From the NCBI GenBank assembly GCA_951804945.1, contig OX638166.1:33790001-33854000 (forward strand): a stretch of DNA of 64,000 nt, given 5' to 3'. The notes beneath the pieces were generated by a model. The model searched no databases, had not been told where the DNA came from, and saw only the letters and a list, made by a program, of their open reading frames with translations. Positions 26,763 through 39,060 of this stretch are shown here, piece by piece. How positions within the stretch are numbered: position 1 is the stretch's first letter; the number at the start of each line of letters is the position of its first letter. A program made the position numbers and the translations under genes. The stretch comes from Podarcis cretensis. Its lineage: Eukaryota.

Positions 26763-27117
26763 CAGTGGTTCTCAAACTGTATTCTCTGGGCCACATTTTC
26801 AGCATAAAAATTTGCTTGTGCCACACCATTTTTTTTAAATTGATAAGAAATACATTGGAAAACAAAAAAGAAACAACTCCTAGCAGTGCTCGATTTATAA
26901 CACAGAACACAACTACTTTATAATATGATCATGGGACATCCAGAAAGTAAAAAACAGTGCAGCTACATATTCTGCAAATTAAAAATAAAAAATAAAAAAT
27001 ACGGTATACTCTACTATATCCTACTACACTGAAATGTTTAAATGTTTCTTTGATTGTCATTGAATCATCCTGGCACACTTGCCATTGTCTCCTGTCACAG
27101 CCTTTAGAGAACCACAG
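26763..27117. mobile_element. hAT (Charlie-like) non-autonomous DNA transposon
   Basis: TIRs CAGTGGTTCTCAAA / TTTAGAGAACCACAG. 8-bp TSD cattggaa / cattagag (6 of 8 match). Confidence 0.75.
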
Positions 27118-27962
27118 CATTAGAGCCAAAGGGATTGGCAGTTGTGTGTCCTTGTTGCAAGGTGCCTATCTGTTTGGCCTTTGATATATTGCAAACCTAA
27201 CGCCCTATCTCAGTTTCTCCTTAAACTGACTAGCTGTCTTGGCAAAGTTGCAAAGTTTCATTGCAACACCCTGGAAGAACTCTTAGCTCATGAGTAAGAG
27301 GTGCACAAGGAAGAGCTATCACAAGTATTATCTTCTTCACGCCCACACAAGCTCCAGACGATACTGACAATTCCCTCTCAAATGTCTGCATTTCTTCTTC
27401 TCCAGTTCCACATTTCCCCCAACATATAAAGGCAGCAAATGCACGCCTGTGGCAGAAAGTGCCATAAGCGCACCTTCACTTTGGGGAGATGAAATTTAGC
27501 TAAAATCCAAGTATCAAAGAACTGCTCATGCATTCCAAACCATCACCCATATGCATCTTCCCTTATTGGTAAGGATAAACACGCTACAAATTGTTTGCTT
27601 CCCCACCGACCACTCAAAACTAAAAAGTTTCCGTCATTAACAATCCTACAGATCATAGCTTGCCCATCTCCTCAGGGCTGCTTCGTAATACCAGGCACTG
27701 AGTGTTCTGGCACACTGAGCACTCCTAGCCCCTTCTGAAGTAATGAGGACCTTAAAACATTTTCATATTTGCTAGCCAAAATGGCACACATGGATAACCT
27801 ATCTGGACTAGAGCTCACTCTGAATTAGTGCCTCACAGAGATGGAGGATGGAAGTAGAGACATGCAATCTTTGGACTATTTCATGTTGCTTTAAAGCAAG
27901 CCCTTAGTTTTGTAGGGAAAATATTGGCTACTGATCTCTAAGCACCACTTCCAGCATATACG

Positions 27963-28298
27963 GCTCAGCCCAGTATACCTGAAGGAGTGTCTCCACTCCC
28001 ATCGTTCTGCCCAGACACTGAGGTCCAGCGTCGAGGGCCTTCTGGTGGTTCCCTCGCTGCGAGAAGCCAAGTTACAGGGAACCAGGCAGAGGGCCTTCTT
28101 GATAGTGGTGCCCGCCCTGTGGAATGCCCTCCCATTAGATGTCAAAGAGAAGAACAACTATCTGACATTTAGAAGACATCTGAAGGCAGCCCTGTTTAGG
28201 GAAGTTTTTAATGTGTGACATTTTAATGTATTTTTAATCTTTGTTGGAAGCCGCCCAGAGTGGCTGGGGAATTATTATTAATTATTATTATTATTATT
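27963..28298 (+). mobile_element. L2 LINE 3' fragment with (TTA)n tail
   Basis: Same family as the 20477-20849 copy, in opposite orientation. Confidence 0.88.
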
Positions 28299-31200
28299 TC
28301 AGTACTTTTGTTTCCTATAAAACATACAAGAAATCAGGTGGAAAATGGCTAAAAATATTTGCCTTTGAATTGTGAGAATAGTCCATGATGAATCTTAGAT
28401 ACTTTTTGGCCAAAGTAATTTGCAGTGCTTTGCCACAATATTGGACTTTTATAAATAGAAATGTCTGCCTGTTTCTATATATGAGACATATAGAGAAAAG
28501 AAAAGTGAGAAGGCATTCTTACTTGAGGACAGCTTTTCACACCAGATTTTAAAGAACAAAGATACAGTCTCAGAATCACTCACTGCTAAATGCAATCGTG
28601 CATCCATCTTGGAATGAAACTTATTCAAATATTTATTTGAAATATGTTTAGGGCTTTCAGAGCAAGAACCATTGCCCCTCTCCCAAGGCAGCTCACACAA
28701 AAGCAAAAAACTCTAAAACACCATTTCAATAATGCAATATAGTGCATAATTTCCTTATATGCTTCCATATATCAAAATGCAAAGAATGACTAAGATCTTG
28801 TGGCCAGCTTAATCATAGGTTTCTACTTGATCCACTTCAGAGTGATAGCACAACATGGTTTTATACATTACTGTTTATTCAACAAAGAGGAAAGGTGTTT
28901 AATGCATGCTAAGGGAAATTCTGATACTAACTCTGCAAATTGTGTATTGATCTTTCTGACCCAGGTATATTTTGACAGTTCTTTAGACGTGATACAGCTG
29001 CCATCCACAGACATATCTTTTAAATATATCATGGGACGCAGTTCTCAGAAGATTTAATTAAGGCTTTGGCACCTTCCCTGTCATGTTCATAACGGCCTGA
29101 TTTGCACATAATGCTAACCTATGCTTTGCTTAACAAACTCTAGCTATGCATGAGTTATCCGATAGACAATCAAATACTATTTATATTTATTAAATTAATA
29201 TATCACAGCTTCCTTCAAAGGAGCCCAGGCTGGCAAATAAACCATGGCTTGTTTCTCCAAAATTGATTTGTTTCCCAGGTGCTTTTGCCTTGTGCCTTTT
29301 TGGTTTGGTGAGCAACTAGGGTGAGGTGGCCAAATATATGGTTTGCCCATAATGCCAATCCATAAGTAAAACAAACCAAAGTTATAAGCAAAATATTAAA
29401 CTCAGGCAATATACCTTGCGAGGTGGGACAGGAATATAGGACTATACCTGAGTATAGTTCTGGAGAGCAAATGATTGTTTTAAGGCAGAGCTGGAGTATG
29501 TCTTATACAGACATACAATTCTAAGCCAGTAGCCCACTTTCTTAGTGACAAGGCCATGCTGCCTACCATGGAGAAGAACCTTTTTTTTCTTATCCAGTAT
29601 ACTATGCAGACTGGTGTGCACATTACGCAGGGCAAATTGGAACAGGGAAGCTGTTTGATGGATATTAACAATATTGCATCTCAAATCAGGAGCCTCTGAT
29701 GGACATAGAAAGGGACTCGTGTAACACAGAGTCTGAACGTCAGTTTGTGAAAACCATCTATAATGAATGAATGGATTTATTACGGTCACAGACCAGATAT
29801 AACCACCTATAATTTATAATTTATCTATGGTGAAAACCTTCTATAATTTGGGAAAGATTTAATTGTAGGTCAGAAGTGGTAAAAATGGCTGCAGTGGGGG
29901 CTCTTCCTTCTTAAGCGCTTCACACTTCCTTGTCCTCCTCACCACCTAGCTTCTCCATGTTCCTGTATTAGTTGCTGCAACTCAAAGTCTTCTAGCTGCC
30001 CTATTACTGAACTGCCCTTTGCCCCCAATCTTGCATGCACATGAAAGAAGACAATTCTCGGGTGCATAGGCTGGTTTGTCTGTCTGCCAATCTGGTGTGT
30101 CGTGACTCCCCCAAACTGGTGTACTAGTCTTTTCCCCAAGGGCTGTGATCTCCAAACCTCAAAGGTGCTTTTATCTGGCAGAACAAATCCTTATCTGGAG
30201 GCAGCAGCTGAACAAACAAACAGATCCATTGCCTGAGCAGACGAAACACTTTGCTGAACTCTTTATCTGTCCCTCACAGGCCTGGCAAGCCTCCTCTCTG
30301 CCCAATCTACAGCCTGGGAGTGGGAGAGGGGACAATCTTGCCCAGTCCACAGGCAATGGCCCCTTCCTTAAAAACCTCTTCCAAAAATGAGATGTGGGGA
30401 AGAGATGGGTGGCAGCTATTTTGAGAAAAGGATGCTAGGTTGCAGTCCAGAAATTCTCTTTTTGCATTGAAACAGTACAGATCGCATACTATTAGATGTT
30501 CTCCTGTTCCAACAAGGTGCTTTCTCAAAAGTCAGGCTGAGGGAGCTGACAGGGAGAGATCAACACGCCAGGTCAAGGAGAAGTTATTCTATAGCTATAC
30601 TCGGTAGCGTTTGGACTTTGTTGACTCATGGCCCTTGACTCATCATCTGATATCTCTTTGTGGTAGAAAAATAGTAGCTGCTGGGGAAAACATCTCTTCC
30701 CTAAAACTGGACTGTTATGTTAAGCCTGGATATTTCCTTTCCCCCGTTTAAATCTACTGCTGAATTGGGAGACTCAACAGCTGTAGCTTCTCCCAGCTAT
30801 TTCTCCACAGATGCTGTCCACTTGTCCCACCTGCTGTGTGGTGCACACCTGGAAGCCAGCTTGTTTTAGCTGTAATGGAGGGAAATGGGCAGAAGAATCT
30901 ATGGTCAGTGAATCTTCCCTGATCAGCAACAGATTTGATGATAAAGGAGAAATCTCTGGGTTGCAACCTGGCAACCCTCTTTTAGAGGAGCTGAAGGAGC
31001 AAACAAAATCGCTTTCCTTTTCCAGTACAGAGCTGCTCTTTCTTGTCATTCAGCAGAATGGAAAAGCCAGAACTGTGACCTGTCAAAGGGGGATGGGGCA
31101 CATGAAGGAAAGAGAGACTGACCACGGTTTCTGGACTGGATAAAGGCAAGTGGGTGACACAGGCACACACAAATAAGCTTGCCTCACACTCAGAAAAACA

Positions 31201-31704
31201 AGCAAAAGCCTTTTGTCTCTGCATCCACTGCAAATGGACTGCAGGCCCACACATGCTAGCATGCTAGCATGCTCTGGCAAAAAGGGGGGGCAGATTAAGT
31301 TGATTTGCCCCTTAATCTTTTTTCAGAATATCAAAATATATCAGCAGGTTCCTTCAAACCAGTTATTTGGTTCTGCAGTTGCAGACAGTTACAGACATTT
31401 CAATCTGCAGCTCCCCACTAATGTGTAGCTAAAAAATATTGTGAGGTGAAATCATTGTGTTGGCATCTCTTGCCCCTCCTGTATTTCACAGGCCGCTGCA
31501 TGCAGGAAACATGGAAATGCTGGCACAACAATGCCGTATCACACACAATTTTTCAACTATCCATTTCCAGAGAGGCACAGGTCCGTACTCACCTACATCA
31601 CTCATGCATGTCCCCATAATATGTTGGCTGGGTCAGAGAAATTGAGTTGAAAAAAAGGAAAACCCTGGTTCCAATGCGTGTGCTATGAACTCACAAAGTG
31701 GCTT

Positions 31705-31870
31705 TAATCAAGCTACTATTCTTTCAGTCTCAGCATATCCCAACCATAAAACAATGATAATAAAACTGGCCTACCTTGCATGTTTGTTGCATGACTTACT
31801 GAGACAATGTTTGTGAAATGCTTTGTTTACTCTAAAACACTATATAAATGCCTATCATCATCATCGTCAT
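31705..31870 (+). mobile_element. MIR/CORE-SINE-like relic
   Basis: ataaaacaatgataataaaactggcctaccttgca...tgtgaaatgctttg...cactatataaatgc with a (CAT)n tail. Confidence 0.55.
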
Positions 31871-32019
31871 TCACACTTTCATATCTATACCCTAGCGTGT
31901 GAAACATGATAGTCAAGCCAAGTCCTAGCTGAGGTCGGGAATGTTGAAAACTACTAAAAACCAATACTAACCAATACATGTGTCAAAGAAATTTGAATTA
32001 GATTCTTAACAAGCCTATA

Positions 32020-32264
32020 CAGTGGTACCTCAGGTTACATACGCTTCAGGTTACATACGCTTCAGGTTACAGACTCTGCTAACCCAGAAATATTACCTCG
32101 GGTTAAGAACTTTGCTTCAGGATGAGAACAGAAGTCGTGCTCTGGCGACACGGCAGCAGCAGCAGGAGGCCCCATTAGCTAAAGTGGTGCTTCAGGTTAA
32201 GAACAATTTCAGGTTAAGAACGGACCTCCGGAACGAATTAAGTCCTTAACCCGAGGTACCACTG
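32020..32264. mobile_element. Tc1/mariner-type (pogo/Tigger-like) MITE, copy 1
   Basis: TIRs CAGTGGTACCTC...GAGGTACCACTG with TA target duplication on both sides; 245 bp. Confidence 0.9.
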
Positions 32265-33793
32265 TACTGAACTTCATGCTTAGTTGGCTTCAAGCATATT
32301 TTATGTACAAAGTTCTCACAGATGGAGAATTAGGGGAATGATCAGAATTTCTGAATACTGATCACCATCCTTTCCCCTCCCTGCAAGACTTCATTCTTCT
32401 TTAGTTTCCCTATTTGTTGCTATGGTTGTTTCCATTATACTGATACAAAATAAAACCAAATATTAGTTCAAAACATTTCTACCTGAAGCTGCTATTAGCC
32501 TCACGGCAGAAAAATTCAAGAACCTATATATTTTTCTGCTGTGGAGGTAATAGCAGCTTTATTTATTATAATGATGTGGTGTTTATCCATCCGTCTTTCG
32601 ATCAAACAATCTCCAAGGCAACTTATGAAAGATTAAAAATACAGACTACCCAGCAAGCACTTGTTCCTTTGGTTGGTGGCAGGGGCCAGAGCACCCTTCT
32701 CAATTTATTGCAAAGGTCCCAGGGGCAACTGACATTTGGGGCAGAATTTTTTTTCTGGCAGAAAGTGGGAACAGCTTCTCTCTTTCTCTCTCATGGTCAT
32801 AGCACTCTTCCTAGGAGTCAGTCCTCCTTCACAGCTCTGCAGCCCCTGGGCAGTTGGCAACCAGAGCACTTGGGGAAGAGGCGCAATTTAAATTTGGGAG
32901 AACAGCACTAGGGAACAGGACTAAACACCCTCCACAGGACCACTGTGCCAATTGACTGAAGAAACAGCCCCATGTCATTTTCAAAATTAAAGTGAAACTT
33001 AAAATAAATGCACTTTACACACAAGGAGAAATGAAATGAACAATTGCTACATGTCCGAAACGTCTTTTTTAAAAGGCTATCTTTCATTTTTAAAGGTTCC
33101 CCCCCCCCCATTATCTTTACCAGCAAATATGGATTCTATGCGCATATATAGATGCGCATCACTGAGGTGCATTGACATTCTCTTCACAGGGATGCAGCAC
33201 ACGATATACACATAGACAAATTCCCATATAAACCTGCATGGTGCACAAGAGAGGTTCCTGTGCTTCCAGGAGGGGCTCTGTTGCCCATAAAGGCAAGATT
33301 GATGGCATGTTTGGGGTGGGTGTATTTTCTCTCACAGATACTTGTAGTGCTGAATTTACAGTTCCCACTGGGATATGTAGGAATGTCCCGTCCTGCTTGC
33401 TGGGTCTGCAGCTTCCTAACTCCCTGTTCATAACAAACTCCGCTCTGTGAGCTGGGCAGTCAATAAATCAGAACTGAGGAGTGGCACACACCCAACACCA
33501 GTGCCTAGGCAAAGGGCAGAAGGGGGGGGGGAGAGAGAGAGTGGGGAGGAAATACATGGCATCAGATACAGTATGTCCATGCCAACAAGCATGGTGTTTG
33601 CAAAATGTACAAACTTAAGCCGAATACCAACGAGACAGAAATGATGGTGGTTAGTGGTCCTTGTAATACATTGGGGGTGGGGTAGGGGGGTGGTGAGGGA
33701 GGCTTCCAGTTTAACAGCTTGCTCCCGGGCCAGGATTTGCACATTTCCCTTAACACAGTGTACCAGGCTACTGCTATCCATTCTGTGTTTATA

Positions 33794-34035
33794 CAGTGGT
33801 ACCTTGGGTTACACACGCTTCAGGTTACATACGCTTCAGGTTACAGACTCCGCTAACCCAGAAATTGTACCTTGGGTTAAGAACTTTGCTTCAGGATGAG
33901 AACAGAAATCGTGCTCTGGCGGCACGGCAGCAGCAGGAGGCCCCATTAGCTAAAGTGGTGCTTCAGGTTAAGAACAATTTCAGGTTAAGAACGGACCTCT
34001 GGAATGAATTAAGTACTTAACCCGAGATACCACTG
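33794..34035. mobile_element. Tc1/mariner-type MITE, copy 2
   Basis: Same family and orientation as copy 1, TA on both sides; 242 bp. Confidence 0.9.
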
Positions 34036-35572
34036 TACTTCAAACTAATTTCTGTGGTGCTGTCCTTTAAAACGGCTTGGAGGACTCCATCTCAGTGCAG
34101 AATTCTGAAGCCTGTCACCTAATAGGGGCTGTTTCACAAGAAATATATCAAACTATGACACTAGTTTCTTGTATGCTTCTGGGCAAAGTCAAGGTGCTGA
34201 ACATTAACTATGAAGACTACATGAGGGATGGTGAACATGAGGCCCTGCAGACTTTGTTGCTCCCCAATTCCCATCAGCCCCAGCCAACATGGCCAGCAGT
34301 CGGGAACAATGGGAGCTGTAGTCTAGCACCATCTGCAAATTCCCCTCCCCTGGACTAAATAGTCTTGATGCATCATACCTGCAAGAGAATCTCCTTCCAA
34401 ATGAGCAGTTTCTGGTTGTGTGCACCTCTCCTCTAGGCCCATCATTTTCTCCAGCTTGCCTTCCCATCTCAGGCTCCTTCTTCTAAGCTCTCTCTGCTTC
34501 CCTTCAGCTTTAGACCTGCCTAATACTTCCCCTGGGATTGGTGTCTTTTAGATCTTTGCTAGCTCCTTCTTTCTCCCTTCAGCCTGTTTGCCCATTTCCA
34601 AATACCTGTCAAAGCAAGTCAGCTTTTATCCCTGCTTCACAGAAATTTGTCCTCTGGTTGGCATGGAAAAGAGCTGAATGAGACAGAAGAGACAAACTTG
34701 CCCCCACCCCAAACAAAGAAAAAACTCTGCCTTTTAAACCTTTTAGTATACACAGGCTGAAGATGATGTAGACTGAATCTGGGACTTCTTGGGAGACAAC
34801 CATAGGCCTCACCCACACCCATATTTATATTGATTTAATACTATTTCTCGCCCCCCTCAGCCAAAAATCCTGGGAACTGTAGTTAATAAAGGTTGCTGGC
34901 AATTGTTAAGATACTCTTAATTCTCTCACAGAATTAAAATTCAAGGAAGAGGGATTGACTGCTATACTAGTTCAAGTCTGTGGTGTGGATGAGCGGATGA
35001 GCTCATACACTTCCATCTGGAATTGTCATCCTTCGTTGAGACTCTAGACTACATTGTGCAGGCAAGTTGCTCATGCTAAGGAGACAGGCCTGAACCAGCT
35101 GTTATATAAGGCCAAACAGGATCCAGGGAAGCCATGTCCTGTTTTGTCACTTGAGATGAAACAGGAAGTGCCGCCATTCCTGCCACCACTGCTGAAGCAT
35201 CCCTTACCTAGGTTGGGCAGCAGTTGTAGCAGGTTCCAGCAACATCTTGCTGGAAATTAGTGTCAACCTGAGGCAGCTGGGTGCCTGTGTGGGCTTCTAC
35301 TTCCCGAGGCGGCTGCTTCCCCCTTCCTCATGTGTGGGCTGGTCCTGATAGGATCCTACTGGCTCCTTATAGGACCCCACTGGCCTGATCCTTGCTGGGC
35401 TGAAAGCTGCAGGACATTCGAAATCTATTCTGCTCTTATGCCTTTCAGATCATGTGCAGAAATCAACAGTGTGAAGCTCTTCACAGCATGGAGAGTAGAA
35501 CTGTCACCTAACAGTTCCTGCATATCAAGCTGCTGTTAATTACGCCTCTCCGGAAATCAGCCAAAGACAGCC

Positions 35573-35606
35573 GTGTGTGTGTGTGTGTGTATGTGTGTGT
35601 GTGTGT
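35573..35606. repeat. (TG)n microsatellite
   Basis: Seen directly. Confidence 0.9.
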
Positions 35607-36594
35607 TTATTTTCAAATATCCTAACATCTAACCAGCTTCTGGACTGGAAGCAGCAGCACAGGGGCAAGGGGTAACTAAATGGATAGGGCACAGGTCCAA
35701 GGTGCCTCATGATGCAATGTATTTATTTTTTTGAAGCTCCTCTCTTCAAGCATTATTCAATATCATTCAAGCTCCTCCCACTGCATTATTGGCAAAGGAA
35801 CCTACAAGCAGCCATTGGATAAGCTGCGGGTTAGGATGGCCCTGCCTGAAAGAGCTCCTTGCACTGCTCTGCTCCTTAAAGGTCACGGATGGAAGGCAGA
35901 TTGGAAGCCAGCCCAGCCACACACTCTGGCTAGCTGTTGAGCGCCTGCCCGCCCCTTCTCTCACCAAAACACACACAAAGGGCATGAATGTCAATGCAAC
36001 AGATGGACTGCGCCAGGCCAGGCCCTACAACCCACCCAGGCATGGCCTGGCCCCAAACCCTCCCTGTCACTGTCTAGTAAGCTCAGCTGCCACCACTCAT
36101 CTATGCTACAGGCTCTGCCATGTTTTCAGAAGGGGTGTGTGTGTGTCCCTCACTATCACACATCTTTATAATGCTGCTTGCTTATCCTGCTTCTGCAAGG
36201 GCTCATTAGGCTAACCTTGTCCTGCCCGGCACATTTTACGAGATGACTGACTAGGGAGGAGTTGCATCTTGACACCCATGCACAGCTCCTCTCCTCAAGA
36301 GCTTTTATGTCCCGTCTCCTCCGAGTAACCAGCTGACTTCACTGAGAAGCTCATCATTTGTGAGGTCCATACTTCATGTGCAGACTTAGCCATGGATCAA
36401 TATATCTTCCACCTGCAACCCTCAGTGTGCGCTTGGTGAGCTGTCTAGCCAATTCATCACCATCCCATATTTTACCTATTCACTCATATATCTCCCCATT
36501 AAGTCATTTGACAGCTTACCCAATAGTCACATAGGCAATTTATTTTATTGTAACCCCTCCTTACTCCAAGCAACTCATCTTTCCTCTAAGTAAC

Positions 36595-36732
36595 ACTATT
36601 TTATCCTCACAAAAACAAGCACGAGACTGTGAGGTAGATCAGACTGAGAAATGATGCCTGGCCCAGTGTCATGTGAGCTTCATGGATGAATGGGAACTCA
36701 AACCTGGACTTCCCTGGTCCAAGTCTAGCTCA
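36595..36732 (-). mobile_element. Old tRNA-derived SINE relic
   Basis: Reverse-strand B-box-like sequence (gggaactcaaacctgg) and body ttatcctcacaa...tgtgaggtag. Confidence 0.55.
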
Positions 36733-37494
36733 CAGATACCCTTTATATAGAGCTTCCTCAGTTAAATGGCAGTGGACTGAGAAGGAATCATCCTCTCTGC
36801 CTGGCCTAAAGGTGAGCTGAGCTTCCAAGAGGATTATCTGTGCCATCTGAGAGACCTCAGTAAGTGTACAGGCCACAGAAAAAGCTCTCTGAACTAGCAC
36901 ACAGGCAGCTCTCCTGGAAGCTCAGCTTGCTCTCTTAGGCCTGACACAGAAGACGCTCCCTTCACAATCTTATGTCACTTTACTCGTGAAGCTCCACAAC
37001 ATAGATCTTCTGCTCCATCTAGAGGAGGACCTATGACGACAGCCTTTCAGGAAAACTCTTCCTGTGCCATAGCCGAAGGGAAAGGGGATGAAAACAAGCA
37101 GGAAAGGTCATGGTCTCAAGAGGAAGGTCAGCCTGTTAACACCCGGATGTGATAAGTATGTACATTGTAAAAACTCCAGCTTTAAAACTACCATGTTTGT
37201 CTTCACTTCTGCCTCAAAAGGAACTTGTGTGTTTTGATTAGGGCTGGATAGAGTGGAAACAGAACCGAGTAACTGATAGATTTTATATTTCAAAACTGGG
37301 TGACAGGTATTATTGCTTTCTTTTTCCCAGAAGCACCCTAGGTCCCTGGGTGCACCCTGCCATCTGTCTTGTACCTAGTGAGCCAATCAAGTTATGTCAG
37401 CATCAGCTGGCCTGCATTCCATTTTAAGGCTGCAGATTTTGGAGCGACAACTCTACACATTTTTCTCCCTCTCTCTGTTTTGCTAGCATCCAGC

Positions 37495-37565
37495 CTGATG
37501 AAGCATGCTGGAGAACTCAAAAGCTTGCTCCATGATACTGAGTTGTGTTCAACTAGGTATTACTC
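37495..37565 (+). mobile_element. Penelope-like terminal relic with decayed hammerhead
   Basis: CTGATGAAG...AGAACTC-AAAAGCTT. The expected GAAA reads AAAA, consistent with CpG decay. Confidence 0.5.
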
Positions 37566-37787
37566 AGAGTGCAACCAATCAAATTAACAAAGCCAAGTCA
37601 GCCATGTCTATTAACTGAGTAGGACTAGCATTCAATACCACCCAATTTTATCAGTCCTAGTAAAAATATGGTGGAGGTGGTGGTGGTGGTGGTTGATCAT
37701 GATCCTTGGGAGCCACTGAACTCTTCTAAGCCATGCCAAGTTTCATCCATCTTCACCAATGAGTCACTCAACCACATTCATGGGGCT

Positions 37788-37971
37788 CAGGGGTGCCAAT
37801 TTGAATAAAACATTGGGGGGCCAGGTGAGCCCCGCACCACATAACTGATCACATAATGCGGTGCATGCACACCATTTGAATGGCGATCACCATCAACTTT
37901 TGGGGGGCAGCCCACTCAAGTATTTTATTGGGGGGCATAGACCCCATGGCCCCTAGGAGTTGGCTCCTGTG
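37788..37971. mobile_element. hAT-type MITE
   Basis: Imperfect TIRs CAGGGGTGCCAA / TTGGCTCCTGTG. 8-bp TSD atggggct / gtggggct. Confidence 0.75.
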
Positions 37972-38499
37972 GTGGGGCTTATTTCTAAGTAGTGGTGCAG
38001 TTGTGAATGGTGAAGTGCAGAAGCTTCTAAGACTATGCAACAAAGATAAATGTTTGACCAGTGTGGACCAATGTCAACACTATGGCTTCAATACCATAAA
38101 AACCTAGGCACGAGCCCTGACTATGGCAGGACAGTGTGATATTCTAATGCCTTTGGTAAGTGTATCAGTACATATGGCTCGACAAGTTTCACAAGCACAT
38201 TGAATGTTCCAGCAAAGTTTTACTCCACAGTGAATAGAGAGTAGCTCACTAGCAAGCAGGTACGGGTGTGCTTTTTAAATATATATACAGATATATTATT
38301 TAGCATTTATATACTGCTTAATTATCCATATTTCTCAGTGGTGTCCATAAAAGCACGAAGTTCAAGCTTGGTAAGATATGATTAAATGCAGGGGACTGCA
38401 GAACAGTTCCAACATCAATACTGATGGCAAAGCTGTTCAACCCGCTGAGGTCCTTGAATAAGTGCATGATCTGAAATTATGTTAGCCCCCCCCCCCCCC

Positions 38500-38899
38500 A
38501 CTTGGTGAGAAAGAAACTAGCTCGTGTCTTTTCGGGGTGGGGGGGCACATATAAAAATGAAGACTTACGAGAAGGTGAAGAAGAGACAGTACAACTTTCC
38601 CCCTCTATATATTATAGGATTTGCAAACATCAACCCATCTGAAAAGTTCAAAACTGCTTGAGCTTTTTGTGAAAGGGCTTGAGTGATTTTATCATGTTCA
38701 TTTCTTCTATCCATTTGGGGATTCTGAACCACATTGAAATCCTCCCCAATAATAATCTCCCCTTCTCCAAATGCCTGTAACTGTCTCAGTCCTTTCAGCA
38801 TAACGGTCCCCATCAGGGTCTTATCTGTTGGAATTGGGGAATACTATCAGTACTTCAATTCTTTATTTGTATTCTGATCCTATAGAATCAGGGAATGCC

Positions 38900-38940
<41 letters not shown>

Positions 38941-39060
38941 ACTTCATGTTCATCTCTCCAGACCTGCCCTTTCTTAAAGCAAACTGTTTGGATCTGGCAG
39001 GATGAAAAAGACCCTCTACTAAAGAAAACCCATGCCCTCGCCTTTGTTGATGAAATCCCT
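38500..39060 (-). mobile_element. L1/Tx1-type APE endonuclease relic, interrupted by a (CA)n repeat
   Basis: Collinear decayed motifs: SSTKARAWVFFS (~SKARGVAIL), IIIGEDFN...PQMDR (~IIGGDFN...DR) and FIFICAPHPEKTRASFFL (~YTFFS.PH..YSRIDYFL). Confidence 0.7.
38905..38942. repeat. (CA)n microsatellite
   Basis: Seen directly. Confidence 0.9.
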
